Positions 28,970 through 39,840 of a stretch of DNA of 64,000 nucleotides are shown piece by piece. Source of the stretch: Desulfatiglandales bacterium (GTDB lineage Bacteria; Desulfobacterota; DSM-4660; Desulfatiglandales; HGW-15). The stretch spans positions 3,392,001 to 3,456,000 of the forward strand of contig CAXXJJ010000004.1 in the NCBI GenBank assembly GCA_963667015.2, given 5' to 3'. Each line of letters begins with the position of its first letter. Within the stretch, counting starts at the first letter, position 1. Below the pieces are notes generated by a model. It searched no databases and was not told the origin of the DNA. It saw only the letters and a list, made by a program, of their open reading frames with translations. The position numbers were made by a program, and so were the translations under genes.

Positions 28970-31900
28970 ATGAAATCACATCATTCCAGAAGATTGTCAG
29001 TTATCTTACTTTTAATCATCCTGTTAACCGCCGGTAATTTATTGGCACAAACGAAGCTGCTGAGGTTTCCGGATATCAGCGGCAACACGGTGGTATTCTG
29101 TTATGGAGGCGATATATGGAAGTCTTCTGCCACCGGCGGGACTGCTGTACGTCTAACCGCCCATCCCGGGCAGGAACTGTTTCCCAGGTTCTCACCCGAC
29201 GGCAAATGGATAGCCTTTACCGGTCAGTATGATGGTGATGAGCAGGTTTATGTAATGCCGGCAGAGGGAGGCGTCCCCAGACAGCTCACCTACTATCCCG
29301 CTCATGGTCCGCTTCCCCCGCGCTGGGGATATGACAACCAGGTATACGGCTGGACACCTGATGGGAAAAAGGTGCTGTTCCGTTCTCTTCGCGACACCGA
29401 TGGAGTCGTCGTACTCACTGCCTTGTACACAGTGAGTGTCGAGGGAGGCCTGCCGGAAAAACTTCCCATGCCCACCTCAGGGGCCGGAGATTTTTCTTCA
29501 AAGGGCAATCAGATAGTCTACTCACCCCTGTTTCGCGATTTCCGTACCTGGAAACGTTATGAAGGGGGCTGGGCACAGGATCTCTATATCTTTGATTTAA
29601 ATACCGGCAATGCCCGAAAGATTGCTGCCAGCAAACGTACAGAACGTGATCCGATGTGGATTGGAGACACGATTTATTTTGCATCGGACCGTGACGGCAC
29701 TCTTAATCTATATGCCTGCAAAATTGATTCGGAGAAATGTACTCAGCTCACACACAGTACACAATGGGATGTCCGCTGGCCCAGTTCTGACAATAAAGGA
29801 AAGATAGTATACGAACTGGACGGTGAGCTGCAGGTTTATGATACAGCCTCCGGGAAGGATAACAGGATTTCCATCAACGTGCCTGACGATGGCCTGGCAA
29901 TGCGACCTTCCCGCTATTCGGCTGAAAAAAACATTGAAGATTTTGAGCTCAGCCCTAAAGGCGAACGGGCCCTGTTTGCAGCGCGGGGAGATATCTTTAC
30001 TGCGCCCATTGAAAAGGGACCAGTCAGAAACCTGACCAATTCCTCAAATGCACATGACAAATGGGCACGCTGGTCAAGGGACGGCAAAAAGATCGCTTTT
30101 ATATCTGACTTAACAGGAGAGGATCAGGTATATATAATCGATCAGGATGGAACAGGCGAGCCTGAACAGCTGACAGATGGGTTCAAGGCCATGTTGTACC
30201 GGCCGGAATGGGCTCCTGACGGAAAGCGCCTTGCCTTCTCGGATAAAGACGGCAGGCTTTATGTGGTGACTGTCCCGGGCAAAAAGACTGTGCAAATCGC
30301 AGATGATGACTATGGAACGATTGATGATTATGCATGGTCTGCAAACGGCGGACACCTGGCCTTCTCCATGGCAGATTCCAATCAGTACCGCTCCATTTAT
30401 ATCTGGAGCGCTGCAGACGGTAAGGTAAAGCGTATTACGGGTACCTACTTCAATGAACACGATCCCGTATGGGATACTGAGGGTAATTACCTCTACTACC
30501 TTTCGGAGCGGCAGTTTGCACCACAGATAAGCACAGTTGAGTGGAACTTCGCTACGAACCGCCAGACCGGTATTTTTGCCCTGGCGCTGCGTAAAGACGT
30601 TAAACACCCTTTTCCGCCTGAAAGTGATGAAGTCTCCTTCGACGATAAAAAAGAGGATGAAAAAGACAAAAAAGATAAGGGGAAAAAAGAAAGGGATAAA
30701 AAGGAAGAAAAGAAAGAGTATATAAAGATTGATTTTGACGGGCTTTCAGAACGTGTAACCCCTGCACCCATAGAAGCTGATAACATTGAAAAGTTCTCTG
30801 TAACAAAGGATAACCTGATTTATATGGCATCGGCAGCGGAATTTTACGGCAGAGACAGTGCAGAGAAACCCGGCCTTCATATCTTTACCTTTGAAAAGCG
30901 TAAAGACATGGTAATGGTAAAAGGTATCAACGGATATGCCCTCTCGGCAGATGGAAACAAGGTGCTGGTAAAACAGGAAAAGGCATATAATCTGTATGAT
31001 GTAAAGCCGGAGGAAAAGGAAGAAGCTCTGAATAAAAAAACTGTTTCTACCAAAGGGCTTATGATGGACCGTGTTCCGGCTCAGGAGTGGGAAGAAGTCT
31101 TTAATGAAGTATGGCGACGCTACAGGGATTTCTTTTATGTAAAGAATATGAACGGCTATGACTGGAAAGCAATAGGTGACCAGTACAGGACCCTGCTCAA
31201 ACATGTGGCCCATCGTTCTGACCTCAACTATATCATTGGAGAGATGATTGCCGAGCTAAATGCGGGACACTGCTATATTGCGGGAGGTGACTTTGAAATT
31301 CCCGAGAGACCAAAAGTGGGATTACCCGGTGCACGTTTTGAACTGGATAAAGAGGAAGAACTCTACCGCATTTCAAAGATTTTTAAAGGAGATAATGAGG
31401 AGAATAAATATCTTTCACCTCTAATGGAGGTAGGGATTGATGCGAAGGTCGGGGATTATGTCCTTGCTATTAACAATGAAGAACTCAAGGGCAGCGATAA
31501 TCCCTACAGGCTGCTGCAGAACAAAACAGATCCGGTAACCCTCACACTCAATTCAAAACCCGGCTCAAAGGGTTCACGTAAAGTGACATATAAACCTATC
31601 ACAAGTGAAGCCGCTCTGCTTTATCTGGAGTGGGTGCAAAAAAATATCAAAAAGGTTGCTGAAATGACTGATGGCCGAGTTGGTTACCTGCATATACCTG
31701 ATATGGGTTCGGATGGTATTTATGAGCTTATAAAATGGTTTTACCCCCAGATACGCAAGGAGGGTCTTATTGTTGACGTAAGATCAAATGGCGGCGGCAA
31801 TGTTTCTCAATGGATTATCGAGCGCCTGGACACCAAACTGCTTGGGACAAGGTTTGATTATGCCAGCGATATGCCCGAAACATATCCCTCTACCGTGTTT

Positions 31901-32281
31901 CATGGCCACAAGGTATGCCTGATCAGCGAAACCTCGGCCTCGGACGGTGATATTTTTCCCTACTACTTTCGCGAAGCAGGGCTTGGACCTTTGATCGGAA
32001 AACGTACATGGGGCGGGGTCATCGGGATCTCAGACCATGGACCCCTGCTTGATGGCGGACAGGTTTACGTCCCGCAAAACAGTACTAATGATAACAATGG
32101 CAACTGGATCATCGAGGGTCATGGCGTTGCCCCCGACATTGAAATTGAAAATGATCCGGCGTCAATACTTGAAGGCCGCGATCCTCAGCTTGAACGGGGA
32201 GTGAAGGAGGTTCTGAAAAAGATGGCAGAAAAACCCATGAAACTGCCGCCCCGACCTGCTGACCCGGTTAAGACAAGGTAG
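28970..32281 (+). CDS. Tricorn protease (S41, beta-propellers plus PDZ), secreted
   Basis: Signal peptide, LLRFPDI, PD40-type repeats, ELNAGH, VGYLHIPDM, DVRSNGGG, SASDGD and GKRTWGG. Confidence 0.95.
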   Translation: MKSHHSRRLSVILLLIILLTAGNLLAQTKLLRFPDISGNTVVFCYGGDIWKSSATGGTAVRLTAHPGQELFPRFSPDGKWIAFTGQYDGDEQVYVMPAEGGVPRQLTYYPAHGPLPPRWGYDNQVYGWTPDGKKVLFRSLRDTDGVVVLTALYTVSVEGGLPEKLPMPTSGAGDFSSKGNQIVYSPLFRDFRTWKRYEGGWAQDLYIFDLNTGNARKIAASKRTERDPMWIGDTIYFASDRDGTLNLYACKIDSEKCTQLTHSTQWDVRWPSSDNKGKIVYELDGELQVYDTASGKDNRISINVPDDGLAMRPSRYSAEKNIEDFELSPKGERALFAARGDIFTAPIEKGPVRNLTNSSNAHDKWARWSRDGKKIAFISDLTGEDQVYIIDQDGTGEPEQLTDGFKAMLYRPEWAPDGKRLAFSDKDGRLYVVTVPGKKTVQIADDDYGTIDDYAWSANGGHLAFSMADSNQYRSIYIWSAADGKVKRITGTYFNEHDPVWDTEGNYLYYLSERQFAPQISTVEWNFATNRQTGIFALALRKDVKHPFPPESDEVSFDDKKEDEKDKKDKGKKERDKKEEKKEYIKIDFDGLSERVTPAPIEADNIEKFSVTKDNLIYMASAAEFYGRDSAEKPGLHIFTFEKRKDMVMVKGINGYALSADGNKVLVKQEKAYNLYDVKPEEKEEALNKKTVSTKGLMMDRVPAQEWEEVFNEVWRRYRDFFYVKNMNGYDWKAIGDQYRTLLKHVAHRSDLNYIIGEMIAELNAGHCYIAGGDFEIPERPKVGLPGARFELDKEEELYRISKIFKGDNEENKYLSPLMEVGIDAKVGDYVLAINNEELKGSDNPYRLLQNKTDPVTLTLNSKPGSKGSRKVTYKPITSEAALLYLEWVQKNIKKVAEMTDGRVGYLHIPDMGSDGIYELIKWFYPQIRKEGLIVDVRSNGGGNVSQWIIERLDTKLLGTRFDYASDMPETYPSTVFHGHKVCLISETSASDGDIFPYYFREAGLGPLIGKRTWGGVIGISDHGPLLDGGQVYVPQNSTNDNNGNWIIEGHGVAPDIEIENDPASILEGRDPQLERGVKEVLKKMAEKPMKLPPRPADPVKTR

Positions 32282-32299
32282 GTTAATTCCACAGGAAAT

Positions 32300-32806
32300 G
32301 TGACAATGCATGATATGAAGTTGAGAATAGTAAAGGCGGAGCGGGAGCATCTCCCCAGGGTTGTGGAACTGATGAAAGGGCTTGCCGAGTTTGAAAAACT
32401 ACTCGACCAATTCAGTGTCACTACGGATCTGCTGGAGCGCTATCTCTTCGGTGACGCAGCAGTGGCAGAACTGCTCATTGGGTATATTGAGGATGATATA
32501 TGCGGGTATGCTCTTTTCTTCCACAATTTTTCCACTTTTCTGGGCCGTCCCGGAATCTATCTGGAGGATGTCTATGTTGAACCTGATGCCCGGGGAATGG
32601 GCCTGGGTAAGGCACTCCTGCTTGAGGTTCTCCGGACAGCCCGGAAAAGAGGATGCGCAAGATGCGAATGGATCGTGCTTGACTGGAATGAAAGGGCGAA
32701 AAAGTTTTATGAATCCATGGGGGCCAGACCCCTTGGCGACTGGATACTGTATCGTATGGATGAAGCAGGTCTGAAGAGGCTGCTGGAAAAAGAATCCGGT
32801 AAATGA
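32300..32806 (+). CDS. GNAT N-acetyltransferase (diamine acetyltransferase-like)
   Basis: LAEFEK, FFHNFSTFLGRPGIYLEDVYV, RGMGLGK and VLDWNERAKKFY. Confidence 0.92.
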   Translation: MTMHDMKLRIVKAEREHLPRVVELMKGLAEFEKLLDQFSVTTDLLERYLFGDAAVAELLIGYIEDDICGYALFFHNFSTFLGRPGIYLEDVYVEPDARGMGLGKALLLEVLRTARKRGCARCEWIVLDWNERAKKFYESMGARPLGDWILYRMDEAGLKRLLEKESGK

Positions 32807-32824
32807 TCATTTACAAATGATCAT

Positions 32825-33670
32825 TTACATTTCATCAAATCCAACTTCTTCAAAGGAAGGCTTGTTTTTCAATGTGAAGATTGCATCCGGGATATCCTTG
32901 TTAAAGACAACCTTCTTTCTTTTAATGATCAGATCCTTCTTACCTCTGACATCTTTAACAACCGTTTTTACGGCATAGTCGATATCGCCTGTTTTCAGGA
33001 AGTCGTTGAATTTCATATTAAATGAACGGGGGGGAGATTCTGCAGCCTCAATAATTCCTTCTCCCGGAGAAAAGGTTATTGTTCCAAGTCTGTTATTTTT
33101 TCGGTCTTCAATATTCACTACTCCCGGTTTGCCCTCGTATGCATGGTCATAGGAGATAAAACCGGGGTATCCCCTTAAAAATGACCAGATCATATCAGGC
33201 GACCAGTCCATGTCCGGTAAAAATATCGAAAGGCTGCCAGGAGAAAACCTGCCTGTATACTGTTTTTTTTCTCGAAAATCCCTGATTACAAGCCTGTCTT
33301 CCTTTATCAGGATATATAAAAGCGGCGTTCCCCAGGAATGAGAAATCTCCATCTTGAACATTAAAGGATCCCTGTTCGCGGCAATAAAAATGTCTACGGA
33401 TGTATCCAATATCCAGCCGTTTATTGTCAGAGTTCCGGTAGAATAAAACCCGGAGACAATATCATTCTGTTTCTTTATATTTTGAATAATATTTTCAACA
33501 TCATCTTCGGTTAAGAAAAGCCGGGATTCCTGGCGGGGTGAAAAAAAAGTGCATCCATTAAGAATGAGAATGAACAGAATGATCTGAATCAGTATGAGGT
33601 ATCTTAAAGAGGAGAAGGGATGAATATTCTTGCTGCAGTGATATATACTGTGTTTAATCTTTTCGGGCAT
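32825..33670 (-). CDS. Lipoprotein with LolA/LolB-like (DUF4292-like) fold
   Basis: Lipobox ILNGC, C-terminal FNKDIPDAIF, positioned after a TPR gene. Confidence 0.6.
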   Translation of the reverse strand: MPEKIKHSIYHCSKNIHPFSSLRYLILIQIILFILILNGCTFFSPRQESRLFLTEDDVENIIQNIKKQNDIVSGFYSTGTLTINGWILDTSVDIFIAANRDPLMFKMEISHSWGTPLLYILIKEDRLVIRDFREKKQYTGRFSPGSLSIFLPDMDWSPDMIWSFLRGYPGFISYDHAYEGKPGVVNIEDRKNNRLGTITFSPGEGIIEAAESPPRSFNMKFNDFLKTGDIDYAVKTVVKDVRGKKDLIIKRKKVVFNKDIPDAIFTLKNKPSFEEVGFDEM

Positions 33671-33675
33671 GTATA

Positions 33676-35526
33676 TTATTCCAGCAGTCTCTTCACTTCT
33701 TCTATTTTCTTAAGGATCTTATCTGAAGACTGATGGTTCAGGGACAGAGCCTTCTCATACATCTCCAGAGACTCTTTATACCGGTTTACCTTTAAATAAA
33801 CGTCACCCAGATGTTCGGCTATTGTGGGGTCTTCCTCAGAAACAAGAGAGAATGCCTTCTTTAAAGAGTCCAGTGCATTATCATAATTACCCTGCCGAAA
33901 ATATACCCATCCAAGGCTGTCTATATAATATCCGTTATCAGGTTTGATCTTTAGAGCCCTCTGTATAAGTTCCAGCGCTTCATCAAGATTATCTCCATTT
34001 TCGGCATAGGTATAGCCTATGTAGTTCAATGCATCGGCATGATTGGGATCGAGTTCAAGGATCTTCTTCATCTGGGTAATTAATCCTTCCCTGTCCCCTT
34101 CCTTCTCCAGAAGCACTCCGAGGCGGAATAAAAGCTCGACATTGTTACTGTCGACCTTCAGACCCTTATCTATTATCTCCCGGGCCCGGACATTATCTTC
34201 ATTTGATTCATAGATGGAGGACAGAAGTGTGTAAAGATCCATCTCATCTCTTTTATATTCAATGCCCTGCCTGATAGTATTTATTGACTCATCAAGCCTG
34301 CCCATTTTATTCAGCAGATAGGCTATATGAATCCTTGAATTGATATAAAATTCAAAGTTTTCATTTATCATTCGAAAATGATAGAGTGCCTCCTCGGCCT
34401 GATTGTTCTGTTCATAGGCCATAGCCAGATAATATCTGGATTTCTGATCTCCGGGCCAGGCTGACACTATCATGTCAAGTTCCTGAATGGATTCTGTGAG
34501 TTTACCCTTCTGGAGGTAATAAAGCCCCAGAGCCTGCCTGCCGGGATCGCCCGGTGTGGAATTCCGGGTTATCTGGTCCATCATTGACGCGATGTCATCT
34601 TTTTTACCGAGCAGTTCATAAATCCCGATAAGCCGGTCCCTTGCCATTCTGTTCATAGGATAGATATCCAGGAACTTCTTATAGGATTCTGCAGCCTGTT
34701 CCAGTTTTCCCTGCATATAATATAGTTCTGCAAGATCAAAAAGGGCCGGTTCCATTGCATCATTAGCTGACAGAACAAGATTGAGCTCCTTTTCGGCCAG
34801 GTCATATTTTTTCATTGCCTGGTAAATCTTGCCTTTGTAATAATGCGCATAGAACAATTCAGGATTTTCTTCTGTCAGGATATCCAGCTGCTCCAGGGCC
34901 TCATCAAACATTTCGGCCCGGGCCAGGGCAGTGGAAAACATCATTCGAACCCGCTGGTTGTCAGGCTCAAGATTCAGTATTTCTTTATACTGTGTAATGG
35001 CGGAACTGTTATCACCTTTTATGCTGTACAGTTCGGCAAGCAGTGCCTTTGTGCCAATGTCATCAGGATTGATCTGCAGGCTCTCTTCCGCATATTTTAA
35101 GGCCAGATCCGGTTTTCTTATTTCATTAAGGAGAAGGGCCATCCTTTTTTTCAGGTAAGCAGAGTCCGGATCATAGGCCATTACCTTTTCCAGATTTGCG
35201 ATGGCCTCTCTGAAATTCCCGTTTGAAATATTAACGGTCGAAAGCATGTAATTGATATATGACTGCTGTTTTTCATCGGGTGTTACCATTGCAGCCGGAG
35301 CGAATTCAAGATCAAAAATTTCAGGCTCGACTTGAATCATTTGAGCTTCAGAAGATGAATCCACGACAGGTTCAGCTGAATGATCTGCTTCTGTCGGTTT
35401 GACATACCTGTTGCCTGCACAGGCGAATGAACCAAGAAATAAAAAAAAGGACAGGATGGCAGCGGGTATGACAGACAGGAAAAAACCGTTTGTTTTATTT
35501 TTCATTTTAATATTCATGTAATACAA
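33676..35526 (-). CDS. Tetratricopeptide-repeat (lipo)protein
   Basis: Signal peptide and many TPRs; ALNYIGYTYAE, YIDSLGWVYF, IAEHLGDVY. Confidence 0.9.
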   Translation of the reverse strand: MYYMNIKMKNKTNGFFLSVIPAAILSFFLFLGSFACAGNRYVKPTEADHSAEPVVDSSSEAQMIQVEPEIFDLEFAPAAMVTPDEKQQSYINYMLSTVNISNGNFREAIANLEKVMAYDPDSAYLKKRMALLLNEIRKPDLALKYAEESLQINPDDIGTKALLAELYSIKGDNSSAITQYKEILNLEPDNQRVRMMFSTALARAEMFDEALEQLDILTEENPELFYAHYYKGKIYQAMKKYDLAEKELNLVLSANDAMEPALFDLAELYYMQGKLEQAAESYKKFLDIYPMNRMARDRLIGIYELLGKKDDIASMMDQITRNSTPGDPGRQALGLYYLQKGKLTESIQELDMIVSAWPGDQKSRYYLAMAYEQNNQAEEALYHFRMINENFEFYINSRIHIAYLLNKMGRLDESINTIRQGIEYKRDEMDLYTLLSSIYESNEDNVRAREIIDKGLKVDSNNVELLFRLGVLLEKEGDREGLITQMKKILELDPNHADALNYIGYTYAENGDNLDEALELIQRALKIKPDNGYYIDSLGWVYFRQGNYDNALDSLKKAFSLVSEEDPTIAEHLGDVYLKVNRYKESLEMYEKALSLNHQSSDKILKKIEEVKRLLE

Positions 35527-35529
35527 ACC

Positions 35530-36471
35530 CTATTTAATAAAATCAGAGTATTCTTCATCAAAATCGGGAATCTCCTCCGACAGCCATTTTTTTATATTAT
35601 TTACAATCCTCGCCTGTATCTGGCGGACCCTTTCCCTGGAGATATTATATTTGTCTCCGAGTTCCTGTAGTGTCAAAGGGCTATCTGACATTATCCTGCT
35701 TTCAAAAATATCAAGCTCTTTTCCCTTGAGGGTCTTTTTGTACTCTTCAAGCTTATCAAGAAGTACCGTGCGCCCCTGTCTCTCGGAAATCTGATCATCT
35801 ATATCAGTTCTGTCATCAGGCAAAAAGGAGCTGAATTCCTCTTTTCCCCCATCCCCTACAGGTGCATTTATGCTTACCTCTCCGCCACCCAGCCGCTGGG
35901 TCATTTCTTCAATATCAGTTTCCTTTACATTAAGTCGTTCGGCCAGCAGTTTGGTTTCAGGCGTGATCCCTTCAGCTATGAGTTTTTCTCTTTCCTTTGC
36001 AAGGTTATAAAACAGCTTTCTCTGTGTTTGGGTTGTCCCTATTTTTACAAGCTTCCAGTTTTTCATGATAAAGGACAGCATGTAGGCCTTGATCCAGTAT
36101 GATGAGTAGTAGGAAAATTTAATCCCCCTGTAGGGATCAAATTTTTTTACTGCCTGGATAAGGCCCAGGTTTCCCTCCTGTATCAGATCAAGCAGGCTCT
36201 TTGTCCAGTACCTGTGAAAATCCATTGCTATTTTAACGACGAGCCTCAGGTTGGAGGTAATCAGACGATAAGCGGCTTCTTCGTCATTGTACTCCTTGAC
36301 CCTTATTGCCAGTTCTGTTTCCTCTTCCTTTGTGAGCAGGTTATATTTTTTGATTTCGTAGAGGTAGAGTTGAAGGGGATCATAGGGGACAAGTGCTCTT
36401 TCCTCGCTCGGCATTATAATGTCCATTTCGAGATTTTCTTCTACTTCCTGTCCGTTTTTCTCCTGAGTCAT
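35530..36471 (-). CDS. rpoH: RNA polymerase sigma factor, RpoH/sigma-32 family
   Basis: SNLRLVVKIA, DLIQEGNLGL, RpoH-box-like VKIGTTQTQRKLFYNL and TLQELGDKYNISRERVRQI. Confidence 0.88.
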   Translation of the reverse strand: MTQEKNGQEVEENLEMDIIMPSEERALVPYDPLQLYLYEIKKYNLLTKEEETELAIRVKEYNDEEAAYRLITSNLRLVVKIAMDFHRYWTKSLLDLIQEGNLGLIQAVKKFDPYRGIKFSYYSSYWIKAYMLSFIMKNWKLVKIGTTQTQRKLFYNLAKEREKLIAEGITPETKLLAERLNVKETDIEEMTQRLGGGEVSINAPVGDGGKEEFSSFLPDDRTDIDDQISERQGRTVLLDKLEEYKKTLKGKELDIFESRIMSDSPLTLQELGDKYNISRERVRQIQARIVNNIKKWLSEEIPDFDEEYSDFIK

Positions 36472-36567
36472 ATTTTTATATCCTTATTTAACTCATCATA
36501 TGATCTTAATACATATGTCAGTCTTATTTCAATCAGGCCCGGCGCATGATTAAAATCTCATATAATT

Positions 36568-37797
36568 TTAAGTAACTGAAATTTTCATGTAACGTTTCTT
36601 TCCTGCCCTCAGGAGCATGACACCATCTTTCCCGCTTTTCAGATCAATAACCTGGTCAAAGACATCGATCTTTTCATTGTTAATATATCCGCCGCCCTGC
36701 GTAAGGAGCCTTCGTGCATCCGATCTTGTTTTACACAGGCCGGATTGTTCAAATAATATGAATGCAGGAATCCCTTTTTCAAGCTCTGCCTTATCCATAC
36801 AGTATTCAGGTACGGAATCCGACATCCCCTGGTTACCGCTTCCAAAGAGCTTTTTTGCTGCAGCCCTTGCCTTTTCGGCCTCTTCCTCACCGTGACATAC
36901 CTTTGTGGCTTCATAGGCCAGCACTTCCTTTGCATATCTGATGTCAGCACCTTCAAGGCTTGAAAGTTCCTGAACTTCCTCAACCGGAAGGAATGTAAAA
37001 AGCAGAAGAAATCTCTCCACATCATTATCGTCCTGGTTAATCCAGTACTGATAGTAGTCATAGGGACTGGTCAGTTCAGGGTCAAGCCATACTGCACCTT
37101 TATGGGTTTTTCCCATCTTGATGCCTGATGAAGTAGTGATGAGGGGGAAAGTTATACAATGTGCTACATCTCTTTCAAGGCGCCTTATCAAATCGGTCCC
37201 TGCAATAATATTGCCCCATTGATCGCTGCCGCCCATCTGCAGTCTGCAGTCATAATTTTTAAACAGATGCCAGAAGTCATAGGACTGAAGGAGCATATAA
37301 TTGAATTCTATAAAGCTGAGCCCTGTTTCAAGTCTCATCTTATAGCTTTCTGCGGTAAGCATCCGGTTTACACTGAAATGCCTGCCGAAATCCCTCAGGA
37401 AATCAATATAGTTGAGCGTTGTAAGCCAGTCGGCATTGTTGACCATAAGGGCTTTATCGTTTTCAAAATCAAGAAAACGGGAAAGCTGTTTTTTTATACA
37501 CTCTGCATTCTGATTAATCTGCTCCCTTGTCATTACAGGTCGCATCTCCGTCTTGCCGCTTGGATCTCCAACAAGGGTTGTTCCGCCACCCACAACTGCG
37601 ATCGGCCTGTGCCCTGCCCTCTGCATCTGAGCCAGTGACATGATAGGAACAAGGCTGCCCACGTGCAGACTGCTTGCTGTCGGGTCAAAGCCTATATAGC
37701 ACGTAGTCTGTGTCTTAAATAGTTCTTTAAGCGCATCTTCATCGGTATGCTGTTCGATGAAGCCTCTCTCTTTGTAGATATCAAAAATGTCTTTCAC
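36568..37797 (-). CDS. tyrS: Tyrosine--tRNA ligase
   Basis: YIGFDPTASSLHVGS, QMGGSDQWGNI, KMGKT and a C-terminal S4 domain (LLRAGKK). Confidence 0.98.
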   Translation of the reverse strand: MKDIFDIYKERGFIEQHTDEDALKELFKTQTTCYIGFDPTASSLHVGSLVPIMSLAQMQRAGHRPIAVVGGGTTLVGDPSGKTEMRPVMTREQINQNAECIKKQLSRFLDFENDKALMVNNADWLTTLNYIDFLRDFGRHFSVNRMLTAESYKMRLETGLSFIEFNYMLLQSYDFWHLFKNYDCRLQMGGSDQWGNIIAGTDLIRRLERDVAHCITFPLITTSSGIKMGKTHKGAVWLDPELTSPYDYYQYWINQDDNDVERFLLLFTFLPVEEVQELSSLEGADIRYAKEVLAYEATKVCHGEEEAEKARAAAKKLFGSGNQGMSDSVPEYCMDKAELEKGIPAFILFEQSGLCKTRSDARRLLTQGGGYINNEKIDVFDQVIDLKSGKDGVMLLRAGKKRYMKISVT

Positions 37798-37799
37798 TT

Positions 37800-38837
37800 T
37801 TACTCTTCTTCCCAGTTAGTTTCAAAATCTTCAGGAAAATGCAGCGTTTTTACCCTGCCTGCACGCCCGATATTGTTAAATGTCTCTCCATTAAATATAA
37901 ATTCAATCCCTGCCGCATTCCCTACTGTCACTTCAAACCCTCTTTCAGCTTTCCAGTCGGGGTTGGCTCCTGCCTGAAAGATAAATTCCTTTGGCGGATT
38001 GTCATCAACTATTATTTTTACATATGTCCTTTCAAGCAGCTTAGCCGAAAGTGTCATCAACTGCGCCGGGGGGGCATCGGAAACTTCTTCAGATGCAGGC
38101 GCTTCTTCCTCATAAGCTGATAAATAGGGCTCTTCTTCCGGGGTACTCTCTTCCTCCTGAACAGTTTCCCGGGCGTTTTCTACCGGAGTGTTTTCTATCT
38201 CCAGCTCTTCAGTTTTATTCTCCTGTATCTGCGGAGAAGCTACTTCAGGGATTGCTCTCTTTTCAGGTTCAGGAAGGACTTTTTTCTGATCCTCTGATTC
38301 CCTGGCCTCTGATTCCTTAACTTCACCGGCTGAAGCGGGCGCGATCGATTGTTCCTGCTCGGGAAGACCTGCTGGACCGGTTTCTTCAGGGGACACAGAA
38401 GTCTCTGTAACAGCCTGGGCAGGCTGAATATCATCCTCAACCTTATCCTTTACAGTAAACAGATATGCCGCTACTGCCAGAATTACCAGGATCGGGATAG
38501 CGTAATACACTGCCCTGCTTTTTTTTCTGCTGCATGTAAGAGGGACAGGAGAATCTTCGCCTTTGGATGGCGCGCTTTTATCAAAAAGCCTCAAGGCCTT
38601 TTTAGTATCATATCCTATGGAAATCGTGTAGGAGCGGATAAAGCCTTTAATAAAAACCCTGGCAGGGAGTTTATCCCATTCCTCGTTTTCAAGGGCATCA
38701 ATAACGTGCTCCCTGACCTTTATATCTTCTGCCAGGCGGCTCTTTGATATTCCTTTTTTTTCTCTTTCAGTCCTCAGGAGATCGCCAATGCTGACTTCTT
38801 CCTGAGGGGTGCTTTCAGGGTCGTTATCTTTATTCAT
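37800..38837 (-). CDS. rodZ: RodZ-like protein (HTH, TM, DUF4115)
   Basis: IGDLLRTEREKKG, ALENEEWDKLPARVFIKGFIRSY, a TM, an acidic linker and VGNAAGIEFIFNG. Confidence 0.88.
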   Translation of the reverse strand: MNKDNDPESTPQEEVSIGDLLRTEREKKGISKSRLAEDIKVREHVIDALENEEWDKLPARVFIKGFIRSYTISIGYDTKKALRLFDKSAPSKGEDSPVPLTCSRKKSRAVYYAIPILVILAVAAYLFTVKDKVEDDIQPAQAVTETSVSPEETGPAGLPEQEQSIAPASAGEVKESEARESEDQKKVLPEPEKRAIPEVASPQIQENKTEELEIENTPVENARETVQEEESTPEEEPYLSAYEEEAPASEEVSDAPPAQLMTLSAKLLERTYVKIIVDDNPPKEFIFQAGANPDWKAERGFEVTVGNAAGIEFIFNGETFNNIGRAGRVKTLHFPEDFETNWEEE

Positions 38838-38889
38838 CTAAATTAACTTTCGTAAAGGGTTTCAAAGTACAAAGGTTCAGTTTGCGCTG

Positions 38890-39840
38890 CTATAGTATTT
38901 TTTTAATATAACTGTTTTCCTTTAATTTTGATATATACTCATTATAGCGCTCTTCCATTTCTTTATTATAAAGCAGTTCAGAGATATTCGCCTTCACCTC
39001 TTCAAGGGGAGTCCATTCGGTTGGAGTCATTTTTATCAGCTTGATAATCTGAAGCCTGTTCCCCATGTCAATCAATGAGCTTACCTCACCGTCCTTAAGA
39101 GAGTTGATAACTCCCAGTATTTTAGGATCAACATCAGTAAGAGTTATCTCCCCGAGGTCTCCCCCTTCTGCTGCTCCGGGACCATTTGAAAATTCACGGG
39201 CAAGGTCAGAAAAATCTTCACCTTTTTTCAGTTTTGCCAGGATTTCTTTTCCCTTTTTCTCCAGTTCAGCAGACTGTTCCGAAGAGACCGGGACAAGGAA
39301 TATACTTGCTATATGGGCTTTCCCCGGTTTTCTAAACTCATCTTTATGGGATTCATAATACTCCATCACCTTTTCTTCACTTATAACTGTCTTCTCAACT
39401 ATTTCCGAGTCAATAAGGTTGCGACGCCCCAGTTCATCCCTTAATCTCCTGCGAAACTTTTCATAGGTTATACCTTCCTTTTCAAGCTCGGTGAGGAGCT
39501 CTTCCTGGGTTATCTTGTTACGTTCCTTAAGACCTTCAATATAACTGTCTACCTGTTCATTGGTAGCTGTAAGTTCCAGCTCTTTTATTTTTTCCTTTTC
39601 AAGCCTTTCAACGATCATCATATCAAGAAGTTGATCCCTGACAGTGAAGAATTCCTCCTCGTTTAATTCCTGCAGTTCTTCACTGGTTTTTCCTGTTCTT
39701 GCTTCAATTTCGTTATTCAGTTCATAGAGGGTTATTAAATCATCGTTTACATAGGCAACAACCCTGTTATTGGTTTCTGCATATACTTCAGGAACCAGTA
39801 GAAAAAAAATGATAAGTATTGCGGAAATAAAAATTCTCAT
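38890..39840 (-). CDS. SurA-like periplasmic peptidyl-prolyl isomerase
   Basis: Likely start at 39840 (MRIFISAIL). NRVVAYVNDDLIT and GEDFSDLAREFS...EGGDLG. Confidence 0.88.
   Translation of the reverse strand: MRIFISAILIIFFLLVPEVYAETNNRVVAYVNDDLITLYELNNEIEARTGKTSEELQELNEEEFFTVRDQLLDMMIVERLEKEKIKELELTATNEQVDSYIEGLKERNKITQEELLTELEKEGITYEKFRRRLRDELGRRNLIDSEIVEKTVISEEKVMEYYESHKDEFRKPGKAHIASIFLVPVSSEQSAELEKKGKEILAKLKKGEDFSDLAREFSNGPGAAEGGDLGEITLTDVDPKILGVINSLKDGEVSSLIDMGNRLQIIKLIKMTPTEWTPLEEVKANISELLYNKEMEERYNEYISKLKENSYIKKIL

Noticed and set aside
30640..30725. Purine-rich low-complexity tract in the tricorn gene
   Set aside because: It encodes the Lys/Glu/Asp-rich linker common in bacterial tricorn homologues.
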